NCBI GenBank assembly: GCA_026026165.1
Contig: JAPEUD010000003.1
Coordinates: 372,001-436,000 of the forward strand
Length of the DNA: 64,000 nt
Direction: 5' to 3'
DNA from: Sarea resinae
Lineage: Eukaryota
The position numbers were made by a program, and so were the translations under genes. Shown here one piece after another: positions 22,549 through 33,899 of the stretch (positions are counted from its first letter, which is position 1; every line of letters starts with the position of its first letter). The notes beneath the pieces were generated by a model. It saw only the letters and a program-made list of their open reading frames with translations, was not told where the DNA came from and made no database searches.

Positions 22549-23456
22549 ACCTTCAAATTCTTCATCTTGAGGCCGACGACGAAGGCCCTAGCTATTACCG
22601 TGTTCTCGTCTCCGGCAAAGACGTCAAATACATTAGTATTGACCCGCATATCTACAACATGGAAGACCTGGTTTTCCCTACCACACTGATTCCCCAACTG
22701 CCCGTCTTTCCGCCCGGTGCCTGGAACGTTGGCCATATCGCAGCCCAACGAGAAACGACTGCTCCATCGCCGGGCGAATGACCATCCGCCGTGTTCGCCT
22801 GGACTCGTCAAGATGACCTTCCCAGCATAAGAAACGTCTGGCACTCCGTCAAGGTCGACCATAGATGTCTCACCTTAGCAGAGTACAATGGCGACGGAGA
22901 GAACACCTCCTTCAACACTAACACGCACGCCGCGACCGTCGACCAAACGACGTCAGCATCTCTGTCGCTGCCGCGAAACGTCGTTGCCAAATTTGCTAAT
23001 TTTACCTGGGAAGTCGAGTACTACGCGCAAGAGACGACTATATATCAACGGCTAGAAGCTACTGCAGCAGTGGCATCTCAGCCGCGGAAGATCGCGCCAC
23101 AATTTCTTGGTCATATCACTGAGGAGAATGGCAAGCGGGTCATTGGGTTTCTACTCGAGAAAATTGAAGGGGGCCGTTTTCCGGATGGGGCTGTTGTTAA
23201 GGATTTGGAGCGATGTCGGGATCTGGTGGGTAGATTGCATGGGTTGGGAATTTTACATGGAGATTTAAATCGATTTAATTTCTTGCTCGTTAACGACGTT
23301 AATGAAGGGCGGGATGTATTGCTGGACTTTGAATCCGCAAGGATTGGGGCGGAACAGTGGGAGATGGAAGAGGAAATGGGTGGGCTCGAGGCGAAATTGA
23401 TGGACGAGGAGGGCCTTGGGGGTGTCGAGGAATGGGTGGGAGAATTGAAATATTGA
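22549..23456 (+). pseudogene. Kinase-like (APH/PKc-like fold; family often labelled alpha-galactosidase A-like) gene with one in-frame TGA at 22779-22781
   Basis: ORFs 22521-22781 and 22791-23456 are in the same frame; N-part YYRVLV.GKDVKYISID..LP.FPPG.WN.GHI, C-part VVAKFA..WE..ETTIYQ.L, IAPQFLGHITE..RVIGFLLEKIEG, LHGLGILHGDLNRFNFL, VLLDFE. Confidence 0.72.
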
Positions 23457-23750
23457 AGATACCAGTGTTGAAGATAAGAGTCTTACCAAGTGCTTGATGC
23501 ATTCATATTATACTTTCCGTCTTTATAGATCATGGTCAGTATTATTTACTCCATATCGAGCACCTATTTTCCAAAACACGGGCAATTTACAAGTATTCTT
23601 CTAAACCATCTTCGTATCCTCTCGACGTGCGATAAATATTTCGCATCCATGGACGTAACAGGTAAAAATGATCGATAAGCTATCCAAAACCCGACACGAA
23701 GTGCATTCCGTATTTCTATCTAGATTAAAGGAAGCCCAAAAACAACATGC

Positions 23751-23755
23751 AAAAA
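23751..23755 (-). terminator. Pol III oligo-dT terminator of the tRNA-Pro gene
   Basis: TTTTT on the minus strand 5 nt downstream of the discriminator base. Confidence 0.7.
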
Positions 23756-23759
23756 TAAG

Positions 23760-23870
23760 GGGCTCAACCGGGATTTGAACCCGGGGCCTGTCACATTTTG
23801 GACGTCTTTCAACGAACATCCAGGCTTGGAAACACCCGAAGCGACAATCATACCACTAGACCATTGAGCC
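23760..23870 (-). tRNA. tRNA-Pro(CGG) with 39-nt intron
   Basis: Minus strand GGCTCAA TGGTCTAGTGGTATGATT GTCGC TTCGGG [39 nt] T GTGAC AGGCC CCGGGTTCAAATCCCGG TTGAGCC C: acceptor, D, anticodon and T arms all pair. Confidence 0.95.
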
Positions 23871-25368
23871 GTGTTGTTGGAAAGTCAGGAGTTAGGATAC
23901 TTATCAGGCAGGACTGAAAGCGAGGAATCTCCGGATCGGGTCAGGTGACTAAAAAGTCTACTGCTTCGCAAGATCCGAAGGAAGAAGTACTGGACTAGAC
24001 TCTTTAAGATATCCTATGTTCCTCGGATCAAGGGCCAACACTGTCAACACTCTTGTCGCCGTATGAATTAGAATCTCTCGCAAAATATTCCCGGAGGTGT
24101 AATCTATCATATCAGTTGTCTCTCTCTGTGTCTCGCCCAGGCTCTTGCGCTGCATCTTTGTATGTTGCTTCCATAAAGGTTGTAAAGCCTCTAACCTTGT
24201 CATAGTTAAGACCGGATTGGGGGCCTTTTTTGATCCAATTCAGTCGTTCGACTGACATTAAATCTGAGTCTCTGTCGCACTATATCACCGCTCCACGTCC
24301 AGATGAGGGTTAAACTGGTTGATAAGATTTGCCTACCTGAGGGCCATCTTAGCAGTGGTTGGCCTAACTTTACTCATTTCAATCTGCTAGATAGGTAGCT
24401 GCAGTCTCCACGGTCTCCTTGCTGCCTCTCATGCAAGAAGGCCGTCTATGAACCAACCATCCAATGTCCAGCCTCTTTGCCATGAGCACATAGACATTCA
24501 TAGCTTGCTCTATGGGCAATGGGTCCAGAGGTCTTAGGCCGTCTTCATTCCCAGGGCGCCAAAATGGTACCTGAGAGGCGAATTGAACAGCGAGGTGAAT
24601 CGATCGTTGGTCGACAAAGGCTGTGCACAGATTCCATAACACACTATTGTATGGACTTGTTCAGATTGTTTTGAAGGCCAAATACATTACTGCATTCGTC
24701 CAAAGATTGGACACACAGATCTTTCGAGAACTCAAAAGGTAGGGTGTATCGCCTTCAATGCTGTTTTCTTTTTCTCGGCCTTAAGGCTATCTATTCAAGA
24801 CCATGTTAGACACGAGCCCACAGATTTTTGAGCGCAGTACGATGCACTCAAGGTCTTTCGTTGAAGCCCTCACGTTTCTCTCTATGATATTGTTCTATGT
24901 GTGCAAGTGCCGTTGGTGATGCATTATTGTTGACGCATCCACTCACCTCCCCACATTCGGTTATTTATCGTAGACATGGGCGGGATATGAGGCGGTGGTC
25001 ATAGCTTCTTGATTAATTACTACCTGTAGATAGCGTTAGTAGTAAACACGTTGCCAGGCGAACCGGCCGAGTACACATGAGACTCAGCCGGCCATCTTGC
25101 TGTCCATCCTGTCTGTTCCCCTTTGAGGCAGCAACTCTCAAAACCATTCACGGATTTTCTTGCCTATCGTTCGTGCCTCGATATCTGAAACGGCCTTCTC
25201 AAGGACTTTCGGGTGGATCATATCTTGCGCCCGAAGCTCCTCGAGGCTTCAGCTCGCTCAGTGCAGCGCAAATCAACTCGTTCTGCGCCGACAGCAAGCG
25301 CCGCATATTGACCGGCTTTGATATCGTACAATCAGCACATCACCGAGACCGAAATCCACGCTTCCAAG

Positions 25369-26814
25369 ATGACTGTACCTTTCCCTCGCCTGCAATTACC
25401 CGGCTCTCTCGCCGCCGATAAGGATCATCGAGGCAATCAAACACCTCCTGCAAGACGCAATTCAAATGCTGGCCGTTGCTCCCACCTCTTCCAACCTCCA
25501 CGTAGTCCGACGACCCCATCACCCTTTTATCTCTCGAGAGAGCACTCAGATGATCAGGAGATACGTGAGGCTCCTTCACGATCCAGCCGGAAACGCTCGA
25601 GGACGAATTCAGTCACGAGCATAAACTCAGACTTCGCCGCGAGCTGGGCCCATCTACGCCCCGGGAAGACGACTTCGATGGAGCCGAGAACCCCAGCATC
25701 CTTCGTGAACACCAAGTATCGATTGGCGGGAGGACTTGATACTCCGACAATGGCTACGGACGCTGCCTTTGAGAGAGAATCTGGAAGTAATTACTCAGAC
25801 ACTGCATATCGTCGATCATGGGCCAGTCCCACAGCTTCGAGGATGGTGGACAGTTCGGAGGATGGGTACTTCCCACGCATGCCAGCTAGCTTCCCTGTTG
25901 AGAACCATGGTAGAAATCGAGCACATACCATCGCATCCGGACAAGGCTGGGGGAAAGCAGTCTACGAAGTTGTTGGTGAAGTAGCAGGAAAGGTCTGGGA
26001 GTTCTGCCGTTCGAGTGCATTCATGGGCTTCTACGCTGGAGGCGGGAAAGGCTATCATCTCAACCAACCTCACTCCTTTCAAGAATCCGGTGTACCCTCT
26101 TGGCAGGGTCTCGACCATGATACTTCGCTCGAGCGGGAAATGAGCCTAGATTCAACACCGGTACCGGGAGGATATCCTTCGGAGAGGCAGATCGTGGAGC
26201 AAGCACAGCAGGATACTGCATCTCCGAGGCCAGCGAAACGTCTACAGACTGGAAAGGGAACAGGGGGGATTAGAGCGAATTGGGTCATTGTACCTGTGGC
26301 TAGCACGCCCGTCTCTCGAGAGGCCAGCCCATCTCGTATTCCTTTACGCAAAGCACCTGCCGTCAGCCCTCCGAAGCGGGTGGCTGCGTCTCCCCGCCGG
26401 GCAGTAACATCACGAGCATCCAGACGCCCGGGTCTCGGCTCCCCTCGCACATCTTACGTCTCTCAAGCCAGTCAGCCTGGTCAGCTTTCTGGAAAGCAAG
26501 CATCCTTTGCTTCTCCTCGCTCACCAGCAACATCAGCGCCGTCCAGACCGACTACTCCTGCCTCCCTCGAAGCGAAACGCTTTGCGGCACAACGACGTAG
26601 GGAAGAAAAAGAAGCCGACGCTAGCATCAAAAAGCTCAACCAACAGCTCAAAGCGATGATTCGAGAGGGCAAAGAAGCGCTCGGTAGCACGATTGAGATC
26701 GAGGACGATTTCAGCAATGCATCCCTTGCGAAAGACTACGAGATGGATATGGAGATGGAAGATGAAGGGTTCTCCGAGGCCATGCACATGGGCTACGATA
26801 GAATGCCCTATTGA
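25369..26814 (+). CDS. Uncharacterised conserved fungal Ser/Pro/Arg-rich protein, about 481 aa, single exon
   Basis: Long ORF with family-like blocks FVNTKYRLAGGLDTP, VVGEVAGKVWEFCRSSAFMGFYAGGGKGY and C-terminal coiled coil EADASIKKLNQQLKAMIREGKEALGSTIEI. Confidence 0.85.
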   Translation: MTVPFPRLQLPGSLAADKDHRGNQTPPARRNSNAGRCSHLFQPPRSPTTPSPFYLSREHSDDQEIREAPSRSSRKRSRTNSVTSINSDFAASWAHLRPGKTTSMEPRTPASFVNTKYRLAGGLDTPTMATDAAFERESGSNYSDTAYRRSWASPTASRMVDSSEDGYFPRMPASFPVENHGRNRAHTIASGQGWGKAVYEVVGEVAGKVWEFCRSSAFMGFYAGGGKGYHLNQPHSFQESGVPSWQGLDHDTSLEREMSLDSTPVPGGYPSERQIVEQAQQDTASPRPAKRLQTGKGTGGIRANWVIVPVASTPVSREASPSRIPLRKAPAVSPPKRVAASPRRAVTSRASRRPGLGSPRTSYVSQASQPGQLSGKQASFASPRSPATSAPSRPTTPASLEAKRFAAQRRREEKEADASIKKLNQQLKAMIREGKEALGSTIEIEDDFSNASLAKDYEMDMEMEDEGFSEAMHMGYDRMPY

Positions 26815-27450
26815 TTTGCGTGGGCTTGAATGGCCACCAACCAGCAAGGAAGGGTCAATCGTTTCTTGTTGCACGATGACGAAGTTGCTCCTTTTGTACT
26901 TTTCCATGATGACCTTGCTCGCGAACGACTGGATGATTGCACGAATTTTCTACCTAGTATCTCGATTCACCTTCACATTCGATACCCTCCCTTATCTGCG
27001 CCGCTGCGAGCGTCACATACCGCTGCTTGCATATGAGCGGCCTGTTTGGCACGAGCTGCACAAAATTCGCTGTTCAAAACTTTTTTCCCTGTGCGCTTTT
27101 TCCTTTTTATGCCAAAATCAACATGTAATCAGACTGCAAGAAAGCTAGTAGATAGATCACACGCCGCTCACGACAGATTGAATGAAATGCCTAATGCATG
27201 ATATATACATATTCGAGTCAATCTACATTTGAAGAGAAAATAAGATTCCTTTGATTATATCAGTGAATATATTCGAAAATCCATCCATGGCTTTCATGCC
27301 CGTTTCTGCGTACTGTTGATGCGCCGCCAGCCAGGGCACTTCAACTGCAAGCGAGCGCCGAAACTGCCGTCGACCATCGTCATCATATCGGCTTGCGAGA
27401 ATCCACGAAGACCACCGATCCAACTGTCAACAACACAGGCAAAAAGAACC

Positions 27451-28168
27451 ATGTCTCCCTTGACCACGAAACCGATATATTTCGGTGCTTTCCTAGTGAC
27501 GCCGCAAGTACGTTTCCCTCTACACCGTCCAAAAGACATTGCTCGCATGGATTTTCATCCCGATCTGTCCTTCAATCCTCCAGTCCTCCTAGCTGATAGA
27601 GGTCTATTCGTAACAGGTCTTCCATCTCACGCCCCTCAGCTTCGCTCTCGTAAACCTCAAACCGCTCCTCCCAGGCCACGTGCTTGTTTCGCCCCTGCGT
27701 CGCGTCCCCCGCGTCTCCGACCTCACCCCCTCGGAAGCTAGCGATCTCTTTTTGGAAGTGCAGCGGGTGGGCCGCATGGTGGAGCGCGTGTTTGGTGCCA
27801 CGAGTCTGAATATCGCGATTCAGGACGGGGTGGATGCGGGCCAGAGCGTCGACCATGTGCACGCGCATGTGATTCCGCGCAAGAAAGACGATCTGGGAAA
27901 GGGGGGCACTGACAGGGTTTATAGCATGTTGGAGGGGGATGAAGGGGATGTGGGCGCGTTTCTGGAGGAGAGAAAAAGGGAAAGGGAGAGGGAGGCGGCG
28001 GGCGTCAACGGCAATGGAGAGGGGACGAGGAGAGCGAAATTTCCTGTTGTGGATGACGCGGCGAGGAAGCCTAGGGGTGAGGACGAGATGAGGAAGGAGG
28101 CGGAATGGTTGGCTAAGGAGATGGAGGCGGACGAGAAGCGGGGGAGCGAGGCGGGTGAGATATCGTGA
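27451..28168 (+). CDS. HNT2: HIT-family dinucleoside triphosphate hydrolase (Fhit/Hnt2); exons 27451-27507, 27617-28168
   Basis: IYFGAFLVTPQ|VFHLTPLSFALVNLKPLLPGHVLVSP, NIAIQDGVDAGQSV, HIT motif HVHAHVIPR, RKPR.EDEMRKEAEWL. Confidence 0.93.
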
Positions 28169-31100
28169 GGTTGGGGCTTTCGGACATACAGCTTGGGGTC
28201 TCATGAAGATGAACTTAGACGGTCTGGATTTACGGCAACTCAGACGGGATTGGACCAACCAATTCGCCCGCTTTCTTTTGTTCGTACAGATACGAGCTCT
28301 GAAAACGACGGGATCAAAAGAGGGCCAATGGCAGAACTCGGAAAAGCGGCACCCGCTCTGATTTACAACAAAGCCATCTACAAATACTCATAAAGGCGCC
28401 GATTATTGCGAAGACTTGGTACCAGCGAAAGAAAAAGGGGCGCATTTTCGAATACAACATCCCAGCAAACTCTGCGCGTCTACTCTCCCAGAAGGCTAAG
28501 GCCTGGGAAGGTCATTGTTATGGTACGCCATGAAGTGGGATTCAGCCAAACTCATTCACCCAGTACCTTTACCTCTGGCTGATTAGAGCTGTGTGAATCT
28601 CCCACTGGCGCCATTCACCCTTTTAAAGGTCTATCGAATGACGTAGACGGCAAGACGGCTGCAAAGGGAACACTCCTGTAACTTGAGACGGACCCGCCTA
28701 TGAACCACTTAGTGTCTACATAAGAGACCGATTAGTATTATCGAATGTGTCGTCTGTGTTTTGTTCATTGTCCTCATGATTGTTATTTACTGATTTCGAA
28801 GATTTCTGGTTGTTGCGAGGTTTCATAGAGGGTGCCCATGGCAATATAAACGCCGATACGTTATAGAGCTGATCTGCTTGGTGCGATCGAAAGCCGGATT
28901 TCCGACTTCCTAGAAGGACTCTTGTCCACAAGTTGACGACCCTGATCCAGATAAAGTCACCGATAAGCTCTATATATCTCCTGATAGTCTAGAATTATTC
29001 GGATATACTGAATCATGTTGTTTTGCCGGCTGGAGAGTTGGGGGTGGACCACCCAGGCATATATGCTGAGGTACCAGGTGCCTGCGAAGAGTCGAGCCTG
29101 CCTATCACGAACGGGAAGTATAGAGAGATAGGGAAACACGGCAGTTGGGGAGGTGTATGAAGATGACATCGCGGTGAGCTTCCTGCAGTGGAAGGAGCTG
29201 AGTAGTTGTGTTATGATGACATCTTACATCACGTCTACCTCTCTTCTTGATAACGCCTCATCTATTACCACACCTCTCTTGCAACGTTCTTTTCGCGTCC
29301 CTCCATCACGCAGTTCATAAAACTCTTCCCCCTCGTCATATTTCAATCGTCGAACAACGCTTATTTGATACTGTCGATGGCTGAATAGGTTGATACGGTA
29401 TTGACAGATCTGTCAAAAGTCGAACATGCTCTGGCAGCTGCTCTGGTCAAGCTCGGATGAAATGCGTCACGCCTGTAACGGACAGAAAGAACCCGCTGTA
29501 GGGGCTAAACCTGATCCTGAACAACACCAATGGCCGAAAGCCCAACAAACAGAAATATTACTCGATAACGCGCACACGATGCTGATGACAGCAAGCCGCC
29601 TTTTTATACCAGTGCAAACCCAGCCCAAAAGGTCTTCCATTGCTCAGCACAACAGAGCAATAAATGGAAAGATGACGATCCCTTGCATCATGCGGGAACG
29701 CATCGAAAGGCGCGTCCCTCTTTATATTCGGGCTTGAGCTTCAGCAATGTAGCTAGCCTATTCTTCCCGAAAGTTTCTCCTGACAGGCCATTGCTTGCGA
29801 ACAATTAAAAAGAAGCAGTCATTGTAGGGTCGAATGCCAAACTCTCAAGAAATGTTGTGCAACTGCAACAAACGGCATCAAGACAGCCTCATCATTCACT
29901 CACATTTGGCGGTCAAACATATCAGGGCCTATTTGTGTCGACGACAGATCTGAGCTCTGGGAGTCAGAGATGTCGCCGGCGAACTATATCCAAAACGCCC
30001 CAACAGCATCACCGAGCTCGCCACTGAAGCGTAAATTGGCGGACGATTTCGAGGTGAATGAGAGCGGAATCCGACTAGAACCGCCGTCAATCGCAGAAGA
30101 TAGGTCCATCCTCGAATATACGAAGAGGACAGGGCTTCCCCATATCAGCAATAGAGAAGGAATTAAAGAAACAATTCCGAGCATGTTTAGATTGCACTCG
30201 TCGCACACCGATTGAAGGTACGGGCATGCAAGAAAATGAACGGGACGACTCTACATGTCAGTCACCAAGAACGAAAAACGGCGCTTCCATTTCGCGAGCG
30301 CGTGCAAACCCCTTTCTTCAGCCTTCAGAACTACATATAATTCAGAAGTGGGTTGTTCTCTTTCGAGGCTGGCTGGTGCAGTCAGCCTTCGCAGTGGCAA
30401 ATGCAATCAGAAGATTGCTGGCTTCATCAAATTCAAGAACTACAGATGATGCAGGTCAGACGATCTGTGCTGGCCGGTCATCGCGCGGATCTGTTTAATT
30501 GACAACATCTTGCATCCCTGAGCAATCTGGAGGCATCCCTACGTTCTAACACCAGTCTCAGGATTTTAACAGTCTGAGAAATGCAGCGCCTAACAAGAGA
30601 TATGCTAGACAGCATCACCTATTTTCCATGTTCTCGTTCACAGGACTAAAGAAACAGACAATCACTCCGCATCACCAAAAACAAGCACTGATTGCAAAGG
30701 AGCCACAGAATAGATCAACTGTATATCTCGAAAACGGCTTGTTTTTGCCTCTGGATTTTACTCTCGCTAATTCGTGGAGAGAAATACACCCCCAAAAACA
30801 GATTCCAAGACCACGAAGGGATATGCGATAGCAAAGAAAGACGGCCAAGAGTGATAAGCCAGACTTGAGATCAGGCCTCAGCTAGTAGAGAGCTCGACTG
30901 CCGAATCCAAATGGCAATGATCAAGCCATTCGTTTACAGATCTACGAGCGTAGAGAGTATCCTGTCTTTTCAAACAAACGCCATAAACAAATACATGAAA
31001 AGCAGTGCCATGGGCGATTTTTATTTTCCCTTCTGGACATAAGCTGGCTTTCATTTTCGACGAGCACGCCGGCTCCGTTCTTTCTACAGAATCACAGATG

Positions 31101-31976
31101 ACCCACAGAGAAATTGGAGCACGAAGGCATTATCTAAGCATCAACTAGGCGATATTCGCGAAGATCTGTATGTCGCTGAAAGAAGAAGAATTCGAGAATG
31201 GACTAAAGAAGAATATAAAGCTAAGCAGCCAAATGGAACAAGAGAATGTCATCAATCTCAACTGGAAGGATACCTTGAGCTTGCAGAAATTCGGATCCAG
31301 AGAGGAATCTGGGAGATTTTGCTTGATCTTCTGATCATTTTCGCAAGGTAGCAATCGAATACCCTGCCCCGCTATCTCACAATGCTGTCAATCCGCCAAT
31401 AGCCTGTGGAAAAAGTCGGCCGAGCAAGGAAACTTGACTAAACAAATCCCGTCAGAGGAATCCAAGAGAAGCATTCTATTTTCCGGAGGGTTGGATCACT
31501 ATTAGATTCATTTGCTCTTCCTCCTTTCTGGAAGTAATTGTGCAGCAACGAAATTCAAGGCAAGAGATATAACCTTCATATAGGGAGTTGGATTCGGAGG
31601 TTGCCTACATATGGCATACACATTTAGGTCTAGGCAAAGCCGATAGAGTGCCATGCTCGCTCTTGCATCAGATCTGGGAGACGGCTCAACAGCATCCCCC
31701 TTGCTCGCCGGCTCAGTTTCATTGCAACGGCATTGCCATTACCATCACCATCCCCAGGCTCATCCCTCCTTTCCATCTCTATACATATCTCGCCAACCCT
31801 CTAGCCCGCGAGGTCGGTCCTACGTTTTGAGTTAATTGGCCGCGTTAACGGAGATTGAGTGGGGTCTAATATCCTCTTTAGAAGAGCAGCACCTGTCTGC
31901 TGCCTAATCTATACTTCCCCAGCTCAACGACATGGCAGTGTCGTGAATACCAGCATACCACCTACCAAAACAGGCC

Positions 31977-32999
31977 TTGTGTCATGTACCCCAGGCACTG
32001 TCTCCTCTCCTCCTTCTCCTCGCAGCCAACCTATCATCTGGCTCGACTTGTCACGGGAAGCTTACACATCGACAAACTCAGAAAGCGGCCTCGAGGAAGA
32101 AGAAAAGGGAAGGTTGGGATGAAGAAAGGAGAGAGTATGAGCGGAATTGCTCCCGCAAATACGAAGAAAATTGACGGGCGCAGATAAAGGAGGACAAAAT
32201 GACAAGAGCTGAAAGCCGGCAAGACCGACCAATTCAGAAGACACAAAGCGAGACAAGCCTTAAAGATGACAGAAGAAGAGAAGGCGGAAGCGAGGAGGGA
32301 GAAGCAAAGAGCATATATGCGCAACTACAAAGAGAGAAGAAGATAACTCAGAGCGGGAAAGGACAATAAAGAGGAGATCGAGACGAGAAACCGCGGAACG
32401 AGCAAAAAAGGCAGCGAAAAGCTGCAATGACTAAATAGGAGCGGAACGAATTGAACGCCAAAAGGAAAAAGAGAATGGCGAAGAAAGAGGCCTATAATAG
32501 GGGCCAGATTGGATCCCGAAGAGACCATTTTGCCCGGATATGCGCTCATTGGGAATTGCAATAATTGCCCCAAAGGGAAAGGGAGACACCTACCTCGACG
32601 GCGCTTAGCTTTGGGGAGACCTTGTTGAGACATCCATTAGGGAAATGATTCAAGGCCAATGGGCAATATTGTTCGACGCTTTCCCGACACATTCCCTTGA
32701 GATTCTACAAGCATCATCTCGACAGATACCCCCAAGTTGCGGCGTCGAATTGCCTCATTTGTGTCGTAGATCTTAGTCCCACAGGAAGGCATCAGCGTCC
32801 CTTCTACATCATCGATGACGAGCATCCGAACCTCCAAAGATTCGGTATTTGTATACAACCTGAATTGAAGCATGTTTTCTAGCTCTAGCAATCCCGGCGT
32901 CCACGTCAGTACGTACACGCCACCATGAAGTCATGCCGGGACGTTCTCACGCAATACGGGCTGGAAGACTTCGGTGAAGACTCGGATGAGGAGCCTTGA
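31977..32999 (+). pseudogene. Probable decayed gene (basic coiled-coil region followed by a globular-looking segment), unidentified
   Basis: One frame reads protein-like through scattered stops (..ERNELNAKRKKRMAKKEAY..RHIPLRFYKHHLDRYPQ..LICVVDLSP..PFYIIDDEHPNLQRFGICIQPELKHVF*L*..DVLTQYGLEDFGEDSDEEP*); an adjacent frame gives MTEEEKAEARREKQRAYMRNYKERRR*. Confidence 0.4.
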
Positions 33000-33226
33000 G
33001 ATTTGCTAACAGATCAGCGGACTACTACTGTTGAAGCTGCATCAAGAACTTTCTACAGTGCAGAAGTTCAGAAAAACAGCCCAGGCTCGCTCGGCAGCTA
33101 TATATACGGTATTCATGGCAATCGAGCAGGATATGTCAAGTGGCTGTAAGAGAAACACGAGCGTGGTGCTGGCTTACAAGGGCGTGATCTTGAGAAATTG
33201 CTTGAAATGAAGCAAACTCGAGATCG

Positions 33227-33261
33227 AAAACGCCGGAGAAAAACGCCGGAGAAAAACGCCG
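33227..33261. repeat. 13-bp tandem repeat (AAAAACGCCGGAG), about 2.7 copies
   Basis: aaaacgccggagaaaaacgccggagaaaaacgccg read directly. Confidence 0.85.
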
Positions 33262-33899
33262 TTCCGACCTGCTCTGCCGATTGCACGGGCACCTAGGATG
33301 CCTCTGCATACGAAGGTATATTGCTGCTGAGTGCCAATCAAAGAGGCGCCTTGGTGTCACACGGCATCGCTCATGTGAAGTTTGGAAGAGATGAAAGCGA
33401 AGACGAGGACGAAGGTAGAGGCCAAAACAGAATGGATCTGGATGTCACAGACAATCAAAGCCTACTTACCCTCTCTTCACTGTCTGTCCAGAATATGTGG
33501 TTGCATCTATTCCTCTAGCTATGCAGACGGTATCGCCGGTGTAGTCTCGACCTTCTCTGGTGCGGCCGGAGAGGGGTTGCTTGCATTGCAGATCAAGGGA
33601 AGGGCAGGCACACATACTAGCTAGCTAATCAGCTAGCTAACCTTCTGATCCGCTGTGAAGACAAACACGGAGATGCAAGTCACGCAAAAGGCGAATAAGG
33701 GAAAAGGCGTTTTTTTGACCTTGTTTACAGCTCTGCCGTGCGGGAGCGTGGGCGGGCGGGCGCGCGTCGTTTTGGTTGTGCATGCTATCAGCGTCGATTG
33801 TTTCTCTTTCGTCTGTCAAGAAGGGTTAGTGTTTGATCTCTATCTCTCTTTCCCTTCTCTCTCCCACCCAGACCGTTTTGGTTTTTGCCATCCTGGTCT

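Noticed and set aside
22779..22781. Selenocysteine reading of the in-frame UGA
   Set aside because: Sec machinery is not known in ascomycetes, the position is not a redox Cys-type site, and no SECIS-like hairpin was evident downstream
28400..28432. ACTTGGTACCAGCGAAAG resembles the 3' end of a fungal TPP riboswitch
   Set aside because: The CTGAGA/ATAC 5' half and the P5 stem are missing, and there is no thiamine gene context
33227..33261. Short direct repeats as a CRISPR-like array
   Set aside because: Eukaryotic context, contiguous 13-bp tandem units without spacers
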